Positions 34,159 through 45,488 of a DNA stretch of 64,000 bases are shown in pieces (position 1 is the stretch's first letter; each line of letters opens with the position of its first letter). The stretch lies in contig JBPPMJ010000003.1 of NCBI GenBank assembly GCA_051306005.1, forward strand, positions 33,764-97,763, in the 5' to 3' direction. Made by a program: the position numbers and the translations under genes. Under the pieces are notes generated by a model that made no database searches, was not told the origin of the DNA, and worked only from the letters and a program-made list of their open reading frames with translations. The stretch is from Minisyncoccota bacterium (GTDB lineage Bacteria; Patescibacteriota; Minisyncoccia; Moranbacterales; UBA1568).

Positions 34159-35142
34159 ATGCAAAAAAGACTTTTCTCAGGGATTCAGCCGTCAGGCAAT
34201 CTGCATCTGGGGAATTATCTCGGAGCTATTCAGCAATGGGTGGAACTTCAAGATGATCATGAGGCGATATTCTGTATCGTTGATTTGCATGCTATTACGA
34301 CACCACAAGATCCGGGAGCGCTTCACCAAAAGACACTGGAGATTGCCAAGGTCTTTCTCGCTTCCGGTATCGATCCAAAAACATGCACGCTCTTTGTGCA
34401 GTCTCATGTCTCAGAACATACTGAGCTTGCCTGGATATTGAATACGGTGGCGCGTATGGCAGAATTGGAACGAATGACTCAATACAAAGACAAAAGTGCC
34501 AAAGGAGATGCATCACAATCGAGCGTCGGGCTTTTTGATTATCCGGTCTTGATGTCAGCGGATATTTTGCTCTATGACACGGCAGTGGTGCCTGTCGGTA
34601 CAGATCAACTGCAACACATCGAGCTGGCACGAACGTTGGCACGGCGGTTCAACGAGCGGTTTGGAGAGACATTTGTTATTCCGGAAGGCAAACTTTCCGA
34701 AACAGGGCAATTAATTATGGGACTTGATGATCCGACCAAGAAAATGTCTAAGTCTGCGCCATCCGAATATAATTATATCGCCTTGACTGATACGGCGGAG
34801 ACTGTACGGAGAAAAATAAAAAAAGCCGTGACGGACAGCGGATCAGAGATTGTGTACCATGATGACAAGCCAGCTCTCAAAAATCTCATCAATATCTATG
34901 CGTTGTTATCTCAACAGACGCCTTTGACGCTTGAACAACAATATGTCGGTCGGAGATATGGAGATTTCAAAAATGCCTTGGCAGAAGTTATTATTGATTT
35001 TTTGACGCCTTTTCAGACGCGTTTGGCGAGTATTTCTGATGCGGAGGTCTCAGTTATCTTGACTGCCGGTGCTCTGCGTGCCCGTGCTCTTGCGGAACAA
35101 AAAATGCGCGTGGTCAGAGAACGTATCGGTTTCGTGTCTTAA
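34159..35142 (+). CDS. trpS: tryptophanyl-tRNA synthetase
   Basis: SGIQPSGNLHLGNYLGA (HIGH-like) and KMSKSAPS (KMSKS); 327 aa. Confidence 0.9.
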   Translation: MQKRLFSGIQPSGNLHLGNYLGAIQQWVELQDDHEAIFCIVDLHAITTPQDPGALHQKTLEIAKVFLASGIDPKTCTLFVQSHVSEHTELAWILNTVARMAELERMTQYKDKSAKGDASQSSVGLFDYPVLMSADILLYDTAVVPVGTDQLQHIELARTLARRFNERFGETFVIPEGKLSETGQLIMGLDDPTKKMSKSAPSEYNYIALTDTAETVRRKIKKAVTDSGSEIVYHDDKPALKNLINIYALLSQQTPLTLEQQYVGRRYGDFKNALAEVIIDFLTPFQTRLASISDAEVSVILTAGALRARALAEQKMRVVRERIGFVS

Positions 35143-35170
35143 AAAAAAGTCCCCACTTAAAAAGAGGGGA
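35143..35170 (-). terminator. candidate intrinsic terminator acting on the minus strand
   Basis: The minus strand reads TCCCC-(11-nt loop)-GGGGA followed by CTTTTTTTT; on the plus strand the A-run precedes the hairpin, so it is effective only for minus-strand transcripts. Confidence 0.4.
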
Positions 35171-35357
35171 TGAATGGTTTGGTACCACGTGTCCAGACAG
35201 CGTTGAAGACCGGACGCACAGCATCTGGATCAATGACACGAGGGAGACAAGTAGAACCGTGGAAACAATGACCGGCGAGACGTATATGTTGTATACGTGA
35301 AGCATCGATATCGCACGGGATGATACCTGGTTTCCAGAGACCAGGCACGCGTGCCAT
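35157..35357 (-). CDS. candidate small Cys/His-containing protein (66-80 aa depending on start)
   Basis: MARVPGLWKPGIIPCDIDASRIQHIRLAGHCFHGSTCLPRVIDPDAVRPVFNAVWTRGTKPFIPSF; lies between two terminators; upstream in-frame Mets at 35399/35372; no homolog recognised. Confidence 0.3.
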   Translation of the reverse strand: MARVPGLWKPGIIPCDIDASRIQHIRLAGHCFHGSTCLPRVIDPDAVRPVFNAVWTRGTKPFIPSF

Positions 35358-35515
35358 GAGTGGACAAAACATTACAGTAACGTTTTGTATTTTCTCCATC
35401 TCTTGGTACCATACAAGCAAATCTTGATGTGTGAGCAGATTGGTCACAGACATGAGCAGTCTCCTGATTGTCAAAGAAGAGAGGTGGGTTGTGTGTTCTT
35501 TGTGTGTGATGACCA

Positions 35516-35544
35516 TGAAAAAACCGCCCAGAGGGGCGGTTTTA
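35516..35544. terminator. bidirectional intrinsic terminator
   Basis: AAAAAA-CCGCCC-AGAG-GGGCGG-TTTT: a perfect 6-bp GC stem flanked by an A-run and a T-run; on the minus strand it sits about 80 nt downstream of the pgm stop (35623). Confidence 0.6.
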
Positions 35545-35622
35545 CAACGCTTGATACTGCATTGAGATTGTCGTGTGTATGAATCATCATCTCCAGCAGA
35601 ATACTCTCTCGCAGAATGCTTG

Positions 35623-36969
35623 TCAAATGGTTTGTTTGTGCCGGATAATTGCCAAGAGTTCCGCTTGTTTCTCTGCGAGCATTTCTGATGTTTTGGCTTC
35701 AAGATTGAGACGGAGCAATGGCTCGGTATTGGATGGGCGCACATTGAACCACCAATCGGGATATTCAACTTTGAGTCCATCTAACTCATGTTGATGTCCA
35801 TCGGCATAAGTGGTGCGCAACGTGGCGAGGAGAGCGTCCTTATCATCAACTTCACTATTGATCTCACCAGAATGATGATAGCGTCTGATGTCCGCCACCA
35901 ATTGCGAGATGGTTTTTCCTGTTTCTGCCATCAAATTGAGTAGGAGGAGAGCCGGCAGACTACCAGCTTCCGCAAAAGAATTTTCTTCGAAATAATAATG
36001 TCCGGAGAGTTCGCCGGCAAAAATAGCTCCATCTTCGCGCATTTGGCGTTTGATATTGGCGTGTCCGACTTTGCATTCTTTGGCAATCCCGCCATTTTCT
36101 TCGATGATTTCTTTGACAGCGCGTGAAGAACGTAAATCATAGAGGATGATAGCGCCAGGATGTTTGTGGAGGATAATTTTGGCGAGAAGAGCAGTGACCA
36201 AATCCATTGGGATAATTTCACCGGTTTCATCAACGAAGCCGATACGGTCTGCGTCACCATCGTAGGCGATACCAAGATCAGCGTTTGTAGTTCGGATGGT
36301 GGCACGCAGTTCATCAAGCGTATCAAGCTTGAGAGGATTGGCTTCATGACATTGGAAAGGTTTAGAAAGATCATTATAGAGATTGATGACAGTTAGGTTT
36401 TCAGGAAATTGCGCATAGATAGGCAACTCCAAAACCCCCATGGCATTGGCAGTATCAATAGCTAATGTGAATTGCTTGTCGCCAAAATTGGCAAAAGAAG
36501 CGAAATACCCATAATACGCGCCCCGAATATCCTCGGTGCTCAGCGTCCCGCTTATGGCAGAAACCGGAAATTCTCCTGCCAGGGCGAGATCACGAATGTC
36601 TTGGAGTCCTGTGTGTTCACCGACGGGAATAGCGCCATGCAAAGCGATTTTCATCCCGTTGTATTCTGGAGGATTGTGCGATGCGGTGATGGAAATAGCC
36701 AGATCAATCTCCAGCCGACCCGCTGCGAAATACACCATCGGCGTTGTAATGACACCGAGATCTATGACATCGCATCCGCTATCAAGTACACCCTGGGTGA
36801 AGCTGGCAAACAAGTCAGGACTGGAAACACGAATGTCCCGTCCGACGCCAATGCGCTTGGGGGAGAAACGTGCTACAACAGCTCGTCCAATAGCATACAC
36901 GAGTGTTTCGTTGATCTCTGTGGGATAGATACCGCGAATATCGTAGGCTTTGAAAATAGTACCAGACAT
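35623..36969 (-). CDS. phosphoglucomutase/phosphomannomutase (alpha-D-phosphohexomutase)
   Basis: Active-site TASHNPPEYNG; start probably MSGTIFKAYDIRG at 36969 (ORF track: 37017). Confidence 0.85.
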   Translation of the reverse strand: MSGTIFKAYDIRGIYPTEINETLVYAIGRAVVARFSPKRIGVGRDIRVSSPDLFASFTQGVLDSGCDVIDLGVITTPMVYFAAGRLEIDLAISITASHNPPEYNGMKIALHGAIPVGEHTGLQDIRDLALAGEFPVSAISGTLSTEDIRGAYYGYFASFANFGDKQFTLAIDTANAMGVLELPIYAQFPENLTVINLYNDLSKPFQCHEANPLKLDTLDELRATIRTTNADLGIAYDGDADRIGFVDETGEIIPMDLVTALLAKIILHKHPGAIILYDLRSSRAVKEIIEENGGIAKECKVGHANIKRQMREDGAIFAGELSGHYYFEENSFAEAGSLPALLLLNLMAETGKTISQLVADIRRYHHSGEINSEVDDKDALLATLRTTYADGHQHELDGLKVEYPDWWFNVRPSNTEPLLRLNLEAKTSEMLAEKQAELLAIIRHKQTI

Positions 36970-37116
36970 AAAAGCGTCATGAGAAATTATTATTTTTAGT
37001 ATACCACAATATCCCATTGACCAAAGGGTATTTTTTTGTCATAATGGCAAACATACTTTTCCCGCCTTCATCTACAAGCATTCAACCACTGTAAAATACT
37101 GGTAGTACATTTCCTT

Positions 37117-38175
37117 ATGGCAGGTACAAAACTCAATGTCGGTATCGTCGGTCTTCCCAATGTGGGCAAGTCTACTCTCTTCAAAGCGCTGACAAGAAAG
37201 GCGGTGGACATCAACAATTACCCATTCTGCACCATCGAACCCAATGTCGGTATCGTAGAGGTGCCTGATGATCGTTTGGCACGTCTCGCCCATATGTCGG
37301 GAAGTCAAAAAATTATTCCTGCTGTCATTGAGTTTGTAGACATCGCCGGTCTCGTCCAGGGTGCCAGTGAAGGCGAAGGTTTGGGCAACAAATTTCTTGC
37401 CAATATTCGCGAAGTGGACGCCATCATCCATGTCGTCCGCATTTTTGAAAACCCGGATATCATCCATGTTCACCAACGTGTTGATCCGTTCCAAGATATG
37501 GACATCATCAACACGGAACTCATCTTGGCGGATATGGAAACTATCACCAAGCGCAAACTGAAAACCATCAAAGAAGCCCGCTCCGGAAAAAAAGAAGCCA
37601 TTACCGAAATGTCTATCCTGGAAATACTTGCCACAGAATTAAATGCTGGACACCTGGCATACGACGCTGTCCAGGCGCTGGCACCGACCCTGCGACCCAT
37701 TGCAGAGTCTCTCCAACTCCTCACTGCCAAACCGATTCTCTATGTCTACAACGTCTCCGATATGGATCGTGCGCTGAGTCCCTCTCTCACTCTTTTGCCC
37801 CATGTCGCACTGGATATCAAAATTGAAGAAGAATTGATTGAAATGTCCCCCGCGGAAATCCAAGAAATGGAACTTGTTTCGCATCTGGGAGACTTGGCAC
37901 GTCACGCCTACGCGCTTTTAGGACTGATGACTTATTTCACCACGGGTGTCCAAGAAACACGAGCCTGGACGGTGCGCCAAGGTTCGACTGCGCCAGAAGC
38001 AGGGGCAGCCATTCATAGCGACTTTGCCGACCACTTCATCCGCGCCGAAGTCATCCATTGGACTACATTACTTGAGGCTGGTTCATGGAGCTCCGCACGC
38101 GATGCCGGCACTTTGCGTCTTGAGGGCAAAGAATATATCGTCCAAGACGGCGACGTCATTGTATTCAAAATCTAA
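37117..38175 (+). CDS. ychF: ribosome-binding ATPase YchF
   Basis: N-terminal G1 motif [14 protein letters not shown]; C-terminal TGS-like domain ...[16 protein letters not shown]. Confidence 0.9.
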   Translation: MAGTKLNVGIVGLPNVGKSTLFKALTRKAVDINNYPFCTIEPNVGIVEVPDDRLARLAHMSGSQKIIPAVIEFVDIAGLVQGASEGEGLGNKFLANIREVDAIIHVVRIFENPDIIHVHQRVDPFQDMDIINTELILADMETITKRKLKTIKEARSGKKEAITEMSILEILATELNAGHLAYDAVQALAPTLRPIAESLQLLTAKPILYVYNVSDMDRALSPSLTLLPHVALDIKIEEELIEMSPAEIQEMELVSHLGDLARHAYALLGLMTYFTTGVQETRAWTVRQGSTAPEAGAAIHSDFADHFIRAEVIHWTTLLEAGSWSSARDAGTLRLEGKEYIVQDGDVIVFKI

Positions 38176-38334
38176 TCTCCACCGCATCACTACACACCGT
38201 CTCCATCCGTAACTTGACCACCACCTGTTTTTTTGCCACAATAGAAACGAAAGAAACAAACCAAAACAAGCTCAAAAAAAGCTTACCGAATCAATATTGC
38301 GGGTTTTGAATATCAAAAATGAGCCAGAAAAAAA

Positions 38335-41300
38335 ATGTCTCTCACTGCTCATCGTATTATCCAGTACAGTATCATCATTCTTTTCTGCATCATCGCTGGA
38401 GGAGGGTATTGGTATTGGCAAAACGCCCGCGCTTCCCAGACTCTTTCAAATGATAAGCCGAGTTGGGTCGCTCCACTCACCAATTCCCTCAGTCTCTCCG
38501 CCGGATCGGGCAAGCCAACGTATTCTCGTGCCGATGGCGCGGACCGGCGTGCCACTGTTACGGATTTCGCGGGGCTCATCATTCCCGTCAAACAAAACGA
38601 AGCGAGATTTGAAGGCGCAAGACGAGTAGAGAATCTGTTGACGTATAGTGAGGCGTTTGATAATGGCGTATGGGTTACTGGTGGAATCTCAACGACTGCC
38701 AATGCGACGGTGGCGCCTGATGGAACATCAACGGCAGATAACCTGATTTTTCCTGCTTCAGCGCAAACAAACAAAGGTCAAGCAGTATCCGTGCTCGCTG
38801 GACATACGTATGCTTTTTCCATATGGCTCAAGTCACCAGTAGCGGGGAAGACTATTCAAATTTCTTTTGAAAATTGTGGAAGCGGTGGAGTTGGTTGTGG
38901 GTATTTTGTAACCAACCTCTCTACTCAGTGGCAACGTCACACGAGGACGGTGACTATGGGGACATCAACATCATTCAATGTCTTGTTGTATAATTTCACT
39001 GGTGACAATGGTGGTGCTGGAGTGACAGTGAATGCCTGGGGTGCTCAATTGGAAGACGTAACCGGACAAACCAATCAGAATCCGAGTGAGTACGTTTCCA
39101 CCAATGTCAAAACATCCGCCCCTTATCACGGTGCTGGCGTAGACCAAGTGCGATACTTCTCCACCCAAAACGGCAACACCGTCGCAAGCAATATCGTCAC
39201 CGAAGCGACCGGCACCGCCATTTCCGACGCGACCCTCCACGGGTATGTGTCGGAAGGGACACGGACGAATTTGGCTTTGCAGTCGGAGGATCTAAGTGCC
39301 TCACCATGGAGTTTAGGCCCTGGCGCAAGTACTGTGTCCGTAAATTCAACCGTTGCACCATCTGGCGCTCAGGTAGCCGACAAGCTTATACCAAACACAC
39401 AAAACACTTATCATTATATAAGTTTTCCAACAACCGTTGTTTCGGCAACCGTCTATACATATTCAGTATATGTGAAGGCGGCTGGATACAATTATGTTCT
39501 TATAAATTCGGCTACAGGAAACAGTTTGGGAGGAAATTCCGGTCCAATAATAGATTTAACCAATGGGACAAAGGCAGGATACTATGTTTACGACAATCCA
39601 ACAACGATTACCAATATTGGTAATGGGTGGTATCGAGTCAGTATTAAAATTACTACTTCGGGTACAACATTAAAGATGGACCATAATGTTTTACCAACTT
39701 CCTCCGTTGCGACTTCTGTCGGCAATGGAACCTCCGGCATCTACCTCTGGGGAGCCCAACTCGAAGCTGGAGATTTTGCATCTTCCTACATCCCCACCAC
39801 TTCCACTACCGTCACGCGCGCAAGTGACATCTTGACTTACCCGACCAACAAAAACATTAACGTATCGCAAGGGTCAGTGTATGTTGAAGAACTGTTACAG
39901 GGTTTTACGGGTTTAGTACAACAAACCTTGACTCTTAACGATGGCACCGCCAATAATCGACTCTTGATAAGAGGATCTAATACGAGTTCGGATGCGATTG
40001 TGGTCTCAACAGTAAATGGTAGCAACGGTTTGGCTGGCACCAACAGAACAATTGGGGTCCCTATGAAACGTGCTGTTGCATATTCGCCGACATTCTTCAA
40101 ACTTTTTGATACCAATGCGCTGAAAGGTACTGATGCGGATGGCGTACAATTGGGAGCAACTACCAATCAAATAGAAATCGGGCAGAGAGGTGGTATGGAA
40201 CATCTTTTTGGCACCGTCAAAAACGTCAAGATATGGAAGAAGGCTCTTTCTGATACGCAACTCACTGAAATGACGAGTGCCAATTCGGTGATTGCCAATT
40301 CTACCACCCAAGCAACCACTATCAAAGCACCCGATAACACCGGACTCGTGGGCTACTGGTCTTTTGAAGAAGGTACGGGCACCACAACGGAAAATGCTTC
40401 TCCGAAAGGCAAAAATACCGGCACCCTCACCAACGGTCCGACTTGGACCAGTGGTAAAGTCGGAAAAGCATTGAGTTTTGACGGGACGGATGATTATGTC
40501 CAAGGGTCGATCCCATCCTCTACATTTTCAAACGACTGGACAGTTACGGCATGGTTCAATCACCGGGCTACTACAACATGGGGAGCAATATTTTCAAACA
40601 GTGTTGGCACAAATAATACCATGATTATGACTATGCGTAATGCTACGACTCAGTTTGGTATCATGCGAGTAGGATCAGCTGAGACTGGTGTGTACGTTGA
40701 TCTCGGAGCAAATCATTTTAATAAATGGATATTGGGAGTGATAAAAAAGGAAGGTTCGACTCTTACCGTGTATGCCTATAAAGATGGTCAACTTCAGACT
40801 GCGACAGGTGCTCTGAGTTGGACACTTAATACCGATAATGAGTTTTATATAGGCAGGCATTATGCATCTGCCACTCATATATTCAATGGTCTTATTGACG
40901 AAGTACGTGTCTACAATAAAGCGCTTTCTGCGGGGGAAATACAGGCGCTGTACAATGGATCCGAGGCTTCACACACAACTATCAATGTCAATCAGAACGA
41001 CAAATTGACGAATGGCTTGGTCGGTCTGTGGAGTTTCAATGGTCCAGATGTCTCGGGGACGACCGCCTTTGACAGAAGTGGTCAAGGCAACAACGGCACC
41101 CTCACCAACGGTCCCAAAGTTACCCAAGGCAAAGTCGGTCAAGCCCTAAAATTTGACGGGACGGATGATTATGTGAACACGGGCTCAACTTTTTCATCAT
41201 TGACATCCACTTTCACTATCTCTACTTGGGTCAATCCAGGGGCATCACAGACAACTTATGCTGAGATTTTTGGCAATCACACTGGCTATCGTGGTCTTGT

Positions 41301-41637
41301 GTTGCAACAAAATGTTGCAAATACAAATCAATACTATTTTGCCTATGGCGATGGCTCTGCCTGGAGATATTCAAGTAATTTTACCTTGACAGCCAATCGT
41401 TGGCAACACATAGTCGCTATCAAAGATGCCAGCAGTACCACCGTGTACGTCAATGGAGTAGTCGTGGCAACTGGTTCTTCGGCAACCAGTGTCGCGCCTA
41501 GTCCAGATTCCTTACGTTTTGGTAGAGGATATGTGCCTCAGTCTCGATGTTGGAAAGGTAGTATGGACGAGTTTCGTATCTACAATAGAGTGCTTTCTGC
41601 GGGGGAGGTTCAGGCGCTTTACAACCTCGGTCGCTAA
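38335..41637 (+). CDS. 1100-aa membrane-anchored surface protein with internal beta-sandwich repeats and two C-terminal LamG-like (concanavalin A-like) domains
   Basis: N-terminal TM segment IIQYSIIILFCIIAGGGYWYW; two roughly 180-aa repeats, each ending ...WGAQLE; tandem repeats GLVG(Y/L)WSF...G...NGTLTNGP..T.GKVG.AL.FDGTDDYV ... DE.R.YN..LSAGE.QALYN. Confidence 0.7.
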   Translation: MSLTAHRIIQYSIIILFCIIAGGGYWYWQNARASQTLSNDKPSWVAPLTNSLSLSAGSGKPTYSRADGADRRATVTDFAGLIIPVKQNEARFEGARRVENLLTYSEAFDNGVWVTGGISTTANATVAPDGTSTADNLIFPASAQTNKGQAVSVLAGHTYAFSIWLKSPVAGKTIQISFENCGSGGVGCGYFVTNLSTQWQRHTRTVTMGTSTSFNVLLYNFTGDNGGAGVTVNAWGAQLEDVTGQTNQNPSEYVSTNVKTSAPYHGAGVDQVRYFSTQNGNTVASNIVTEATGTAISDATLHGYVSEGTRTNLALQSEDLSASPWSLGPGASTVSVNSTVAPSGAQVADKLIPNTQNTYHYISFPTTVVSATVYTYSVYVKAAGYNYVLINSATGNSLGGNSGPIIDLTNGTKAGYYVYDNPTTITNIGNGWYRVSIKITTSGTTLKMDHNVLPTSSVATSVGNGTSGIYLWGAQLEAGDFASSYIPTTSTTVTRASDILTYPTNKNINVSQGSVYVEELLQGFTGLVQQTLTLNDGTANNRLLIRGSNTSSDAIVVSTVNGSNGLAGTNRTIGVPMKRAVAYSPTFFKLFDTNALKGTDADGVQLGATTNQIEIGQRGGMEHLFGTVKNVKIWKKALSDTQLTEMTSANSVIANSTTQATTIKAPDNTGLVGYWSFEEGTGTTTENASPKGKNTGTLTNGPTWTSGKVGKALSFDGTDDYVQGSIPSSTFSNDWTVTAWFNHRATTTWGAIFSNSVGTNNTMIMTMRNATTQFGIMRVGSAETGVYVDLGANHFNKWILGVIKKEGSTLTVYAYKDGQLQTATGALSWTLNTDNEFYIGRHYASATHIFNGLIDEVRVYNKALSAGEIQALYNGSEASHTTINVNQNDKLTNGLVGLWSFNGPDVSGTTAFDRSGQGNNGTLTNGPKVTQGKVGQALKFDGTDDYVNTGSTFSSLTSTFTISTWVNPGASQTTYAEIFGNHTGYRGLVLQQNVANTNQYYFAYGDGSAWRYSSNFTLTANRWQHIVAIKDASSTTVYVNGVVVATGSSATSVAPSPDSLRFGRGYVPQSRCWKGSMDEFRIYNRVLSAGEVQALYNLGR

Positions 41638-41881
41638 TCCTCTCAGTACAGCGATTCAACCTCTGTCAGTGTTGTTTGAGTGGGGATGCATATTCTGGTG
41701 ATATTTGAGCAATCATTGTGTTACCAAAAGAGTGTTTTGAAACAGTTTCACAGTACAAAAGAGTATAGGGGTTTTGCCGGACAGTCTATCCGCGGTGTTT
41801 GAGACAGCGAAATATTGTCTCAGGCACTTGGTGTGGAGGAGTACTTTCTGCAGGGGTTGAATCGCTGTATTGAGGGGGCTC

Positions 41882-41909
41882 TTGACAGTTTGTGCTGGCA
41901 GTCTATAAT
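41882..41909 (+). promoter_or_regulatory. sigma70-like promoter upstream of groEL (TTGACA-16-TATAAT)
   Basis: -35 at 41882-41887; -10 at 41904-41909; roughly 35 nt before the groEL ATG. Confidence 0.5.
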
Positions 41910-41911
41910 AG

Positions 41912-43594
<1,683 letters not shown>

Positions 43595-43686
43595 GGATCT
43601 TGGAGATTTTTTTCTCGCAACGCAAAAGGCTCTCTGTCTCGGGGAGTCTTTTTGTGGTATACTAAAAAAAAGAAACAAAAAAATAT

Positions 43687-45435
43687 ATGCGTATTGAACC
43701 ACATCAATTGAAATTATTTCTACTGGATTCCAATCTGGTATCCAAGGAAGCGGTGGAAGAAACGTCCAAGGAAGCAGAAGAGTCCGGCAAGAATTTTGGC
43801 ACGTTGCTTTTGGAGAAAAAACTCATTCGGGAAGAAGATTTACAGAAAGTGTATGCCTATATTTTGGGTATTCCGTTTGTGGACTTGTCCAAAGATACCA
43901 TTCCGCTTGATATCTTGCATATTGTTCCCGAGTTGATTGCCAAGAAATACAACATTGTCGCGTTTGAGAAAAGCGGTGTCAATCTCAAAGTGGCTATGCT
44001 CAATCCGGAGGATTTGCAAACGATTGATTTTATCAAGAAAAAAACAGGACTGAAAATCGTGCCATGCCTCACGACTCGTGAAAATATTCAGACTATTTTG
44101 CATCAATACGAACGAAGTCTGAAAGCAGAGTTCGGTGAGATTTTGACCGGAGAAATCGGTCCAGAAGGGGAGAGTAGGGATGACGAAAATTTGGCACAGG
44201 TAGCCGTGGGATTGCCGATTATTCGGGTGGTAGATACGCTTCTCAAACACGCCATTTTGGAATCAGCGAGTGATATCCATATTGAACCTGACGAAAAAGC
44301 AGTGCATGTACGGTATCGTATCGATGGTGTTTTGCACGACGCGATGACTCTGCCTCGTGATGTGGCGGCCGGTATCGTGGCACGTATCAAAGTTCTGTCC
44401 AATCTCAAACTTGATGAACACCGTTTGCCACAGGATGGTCGTTTCAAAATTCAAAGTGATACATACAAGATTTCTTTTCGCGTGAGTATTCTGCCAGTGT
44501 TTGACGGGGAGAAGATCGTGATGCGTCTTTTGGACGAAACCTCCAAAGGATTGACTTTGGAAAAAATGGGACTCAACGGTACCGCACTTGAAGCCGTCCA
44601 TCGCGAAATCAGCAAGCCAAACGGTATGATTCTTGTAACCGGACCAACGGGCTCTGGTAAAACGACTACGCTTTACACTGTGATGGATATCTTGAATACG
44701 CCAGAGGTCAATATCAGTACCGTAGAGGATCCGGTGGAGTATCGGATGCCACGAGTCAATCAGACGCAGATTACTTCCAAAATCGGTATGACATTTGCCG
44801 CGGCTCTACGTGCCCTGTTGCGTCAGGATCCGGACATCATCATGGTGGGAGAAATTCGTGATGAAGAAACGCTAGAGATCGCGATGCATGCTGCCATGAC
44901 TGGTCATCTCGTGCTTTCTACGCTACATACCAATAGTGCCGCAGCGACCCTACCTCGTATGTTGGACATGGGTGCGGAACCATTTTTGATTGCCTCAACT
45001 GTCAATGTGATTATCGCTCAACGTCTCGTACGTCGTTTGTGTCCTGAGTGTCGAGAGGCTTACACACTTGATGACAAAGAAATTGCTTCGTTGGAAAAAT
45101 CATACGATATCATGGATGTGTTGCGTTACTTGCAGAACGATGTGGTGGGCAAAAAAGTACTCAAGGATATCAAAAATTGGTCTGAAATTACTTTGTACCG
45201 ACCGAAAGGATGCGATCAATGCGGAGGAGAAGGTTATCGGGGACGTAATGGTCTATATGAAGTCTTGCCAATGGATACGGATATTCGTAAATTGGTGACA
45301 CAAGCATCGACGACAGAGGCCATTGAACAACAAGCGAAGAAAAATGGCATGACCACCATGGTGGAAGACGGCTTCTTGAAAATTATCCAGGGTTTGACTT
45401 CCTTGGAAGAGGTAATGCGTGTGACCAAGGAATAA
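43687..45435 (+). CDS. pilB: type IV pilus / type II secretion assembly ATPase (PilB/GspE family)
   Basis: N-terminal GSPII_E_N-like domain; Walker A GPTGSGKTTTLYT; tetracysteine CPEC...CDQC. Confidence 0.85.
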   Translation: MRIEPHQLKLFLLDSNLVSKEAVEETSKEAEESGKNFGTLLLEKKLIREEDLQKVYAYILGIPFVDLSKDTIPLDILHIVPELIAKKYNIVAFEKSGVNLKVAMLNPEDLQTIDFIKKKTGLKIVPCLTTRENIQTILHQYERSLKAEFGEILTGEIGPEGESRDDENLAQVAVGLPIIRVVDTLLKHAILESASDIHIEPDEKAVHVRYRIDGVLHDAMTLPRDVAAGIVARIKVLSNLKLDEHRLPQDGRFKIQSDTYKISFRVSILPVFDGEKIVMRLLDETSKGLTLEKMGLNGTALEAVHREISKPNGMILVTGPTGSGKTTTLYTVMDILNTPEVNISTVEDPVEYRMPRVNQTQITSKIGMTFAAALRALLRQDPDIIMVGEIRDEETLEIAMHAAMTGHLVLSTLHTNSAAATLPRMLDMGAEPFLIASTVNVIIAQRLVRRLCPECREAYTLDDKEIASLEKSYDIMDVLRYLQNDVVGKKVLKDIKNWSEITLYRPKGCDQCGGEGYRGRNGLYEVLPMDTDIRKLVTQASTTEAIEQQAKKNGMTTMVEDGFLKIIQGLTSLEEVMRVTKE

Positions 45436-45488
45436 CAGGAATGTTGCCGATGATCCGCATTTATACGGTATGAGTTTTGGGTATACCT

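Noticed and set aside
35385-35582. 65-aa plus-strand ORF
   Set aside because: It reads straight through the perfect bidirectional terminator hairpin at 35516-35544.
35157-35780. 207-aa minus-strand ORF as given by the ORF track
   Set aside because: Its first roughly 50 codons overlap the pgm C-terminus out of frame and it crosses the bidirectional terminator. Only the distal 66-80 codons, between the two terminators, are retained as a low-confidence candidate.
36472-36999. 175-aa and 130-aa plus-strand ORFs
   Set aside because: They are antisense to the phosphohexomutase gene, whose TASHNP active site confirms the minus-strand frame.
38297-38629. 110-aa ORF overlapping the start of the giant surface-protein gene
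   Set aside because: It is an alternative frame of the same region. The 38335 frame continues for 1100 aa with clear domain content.
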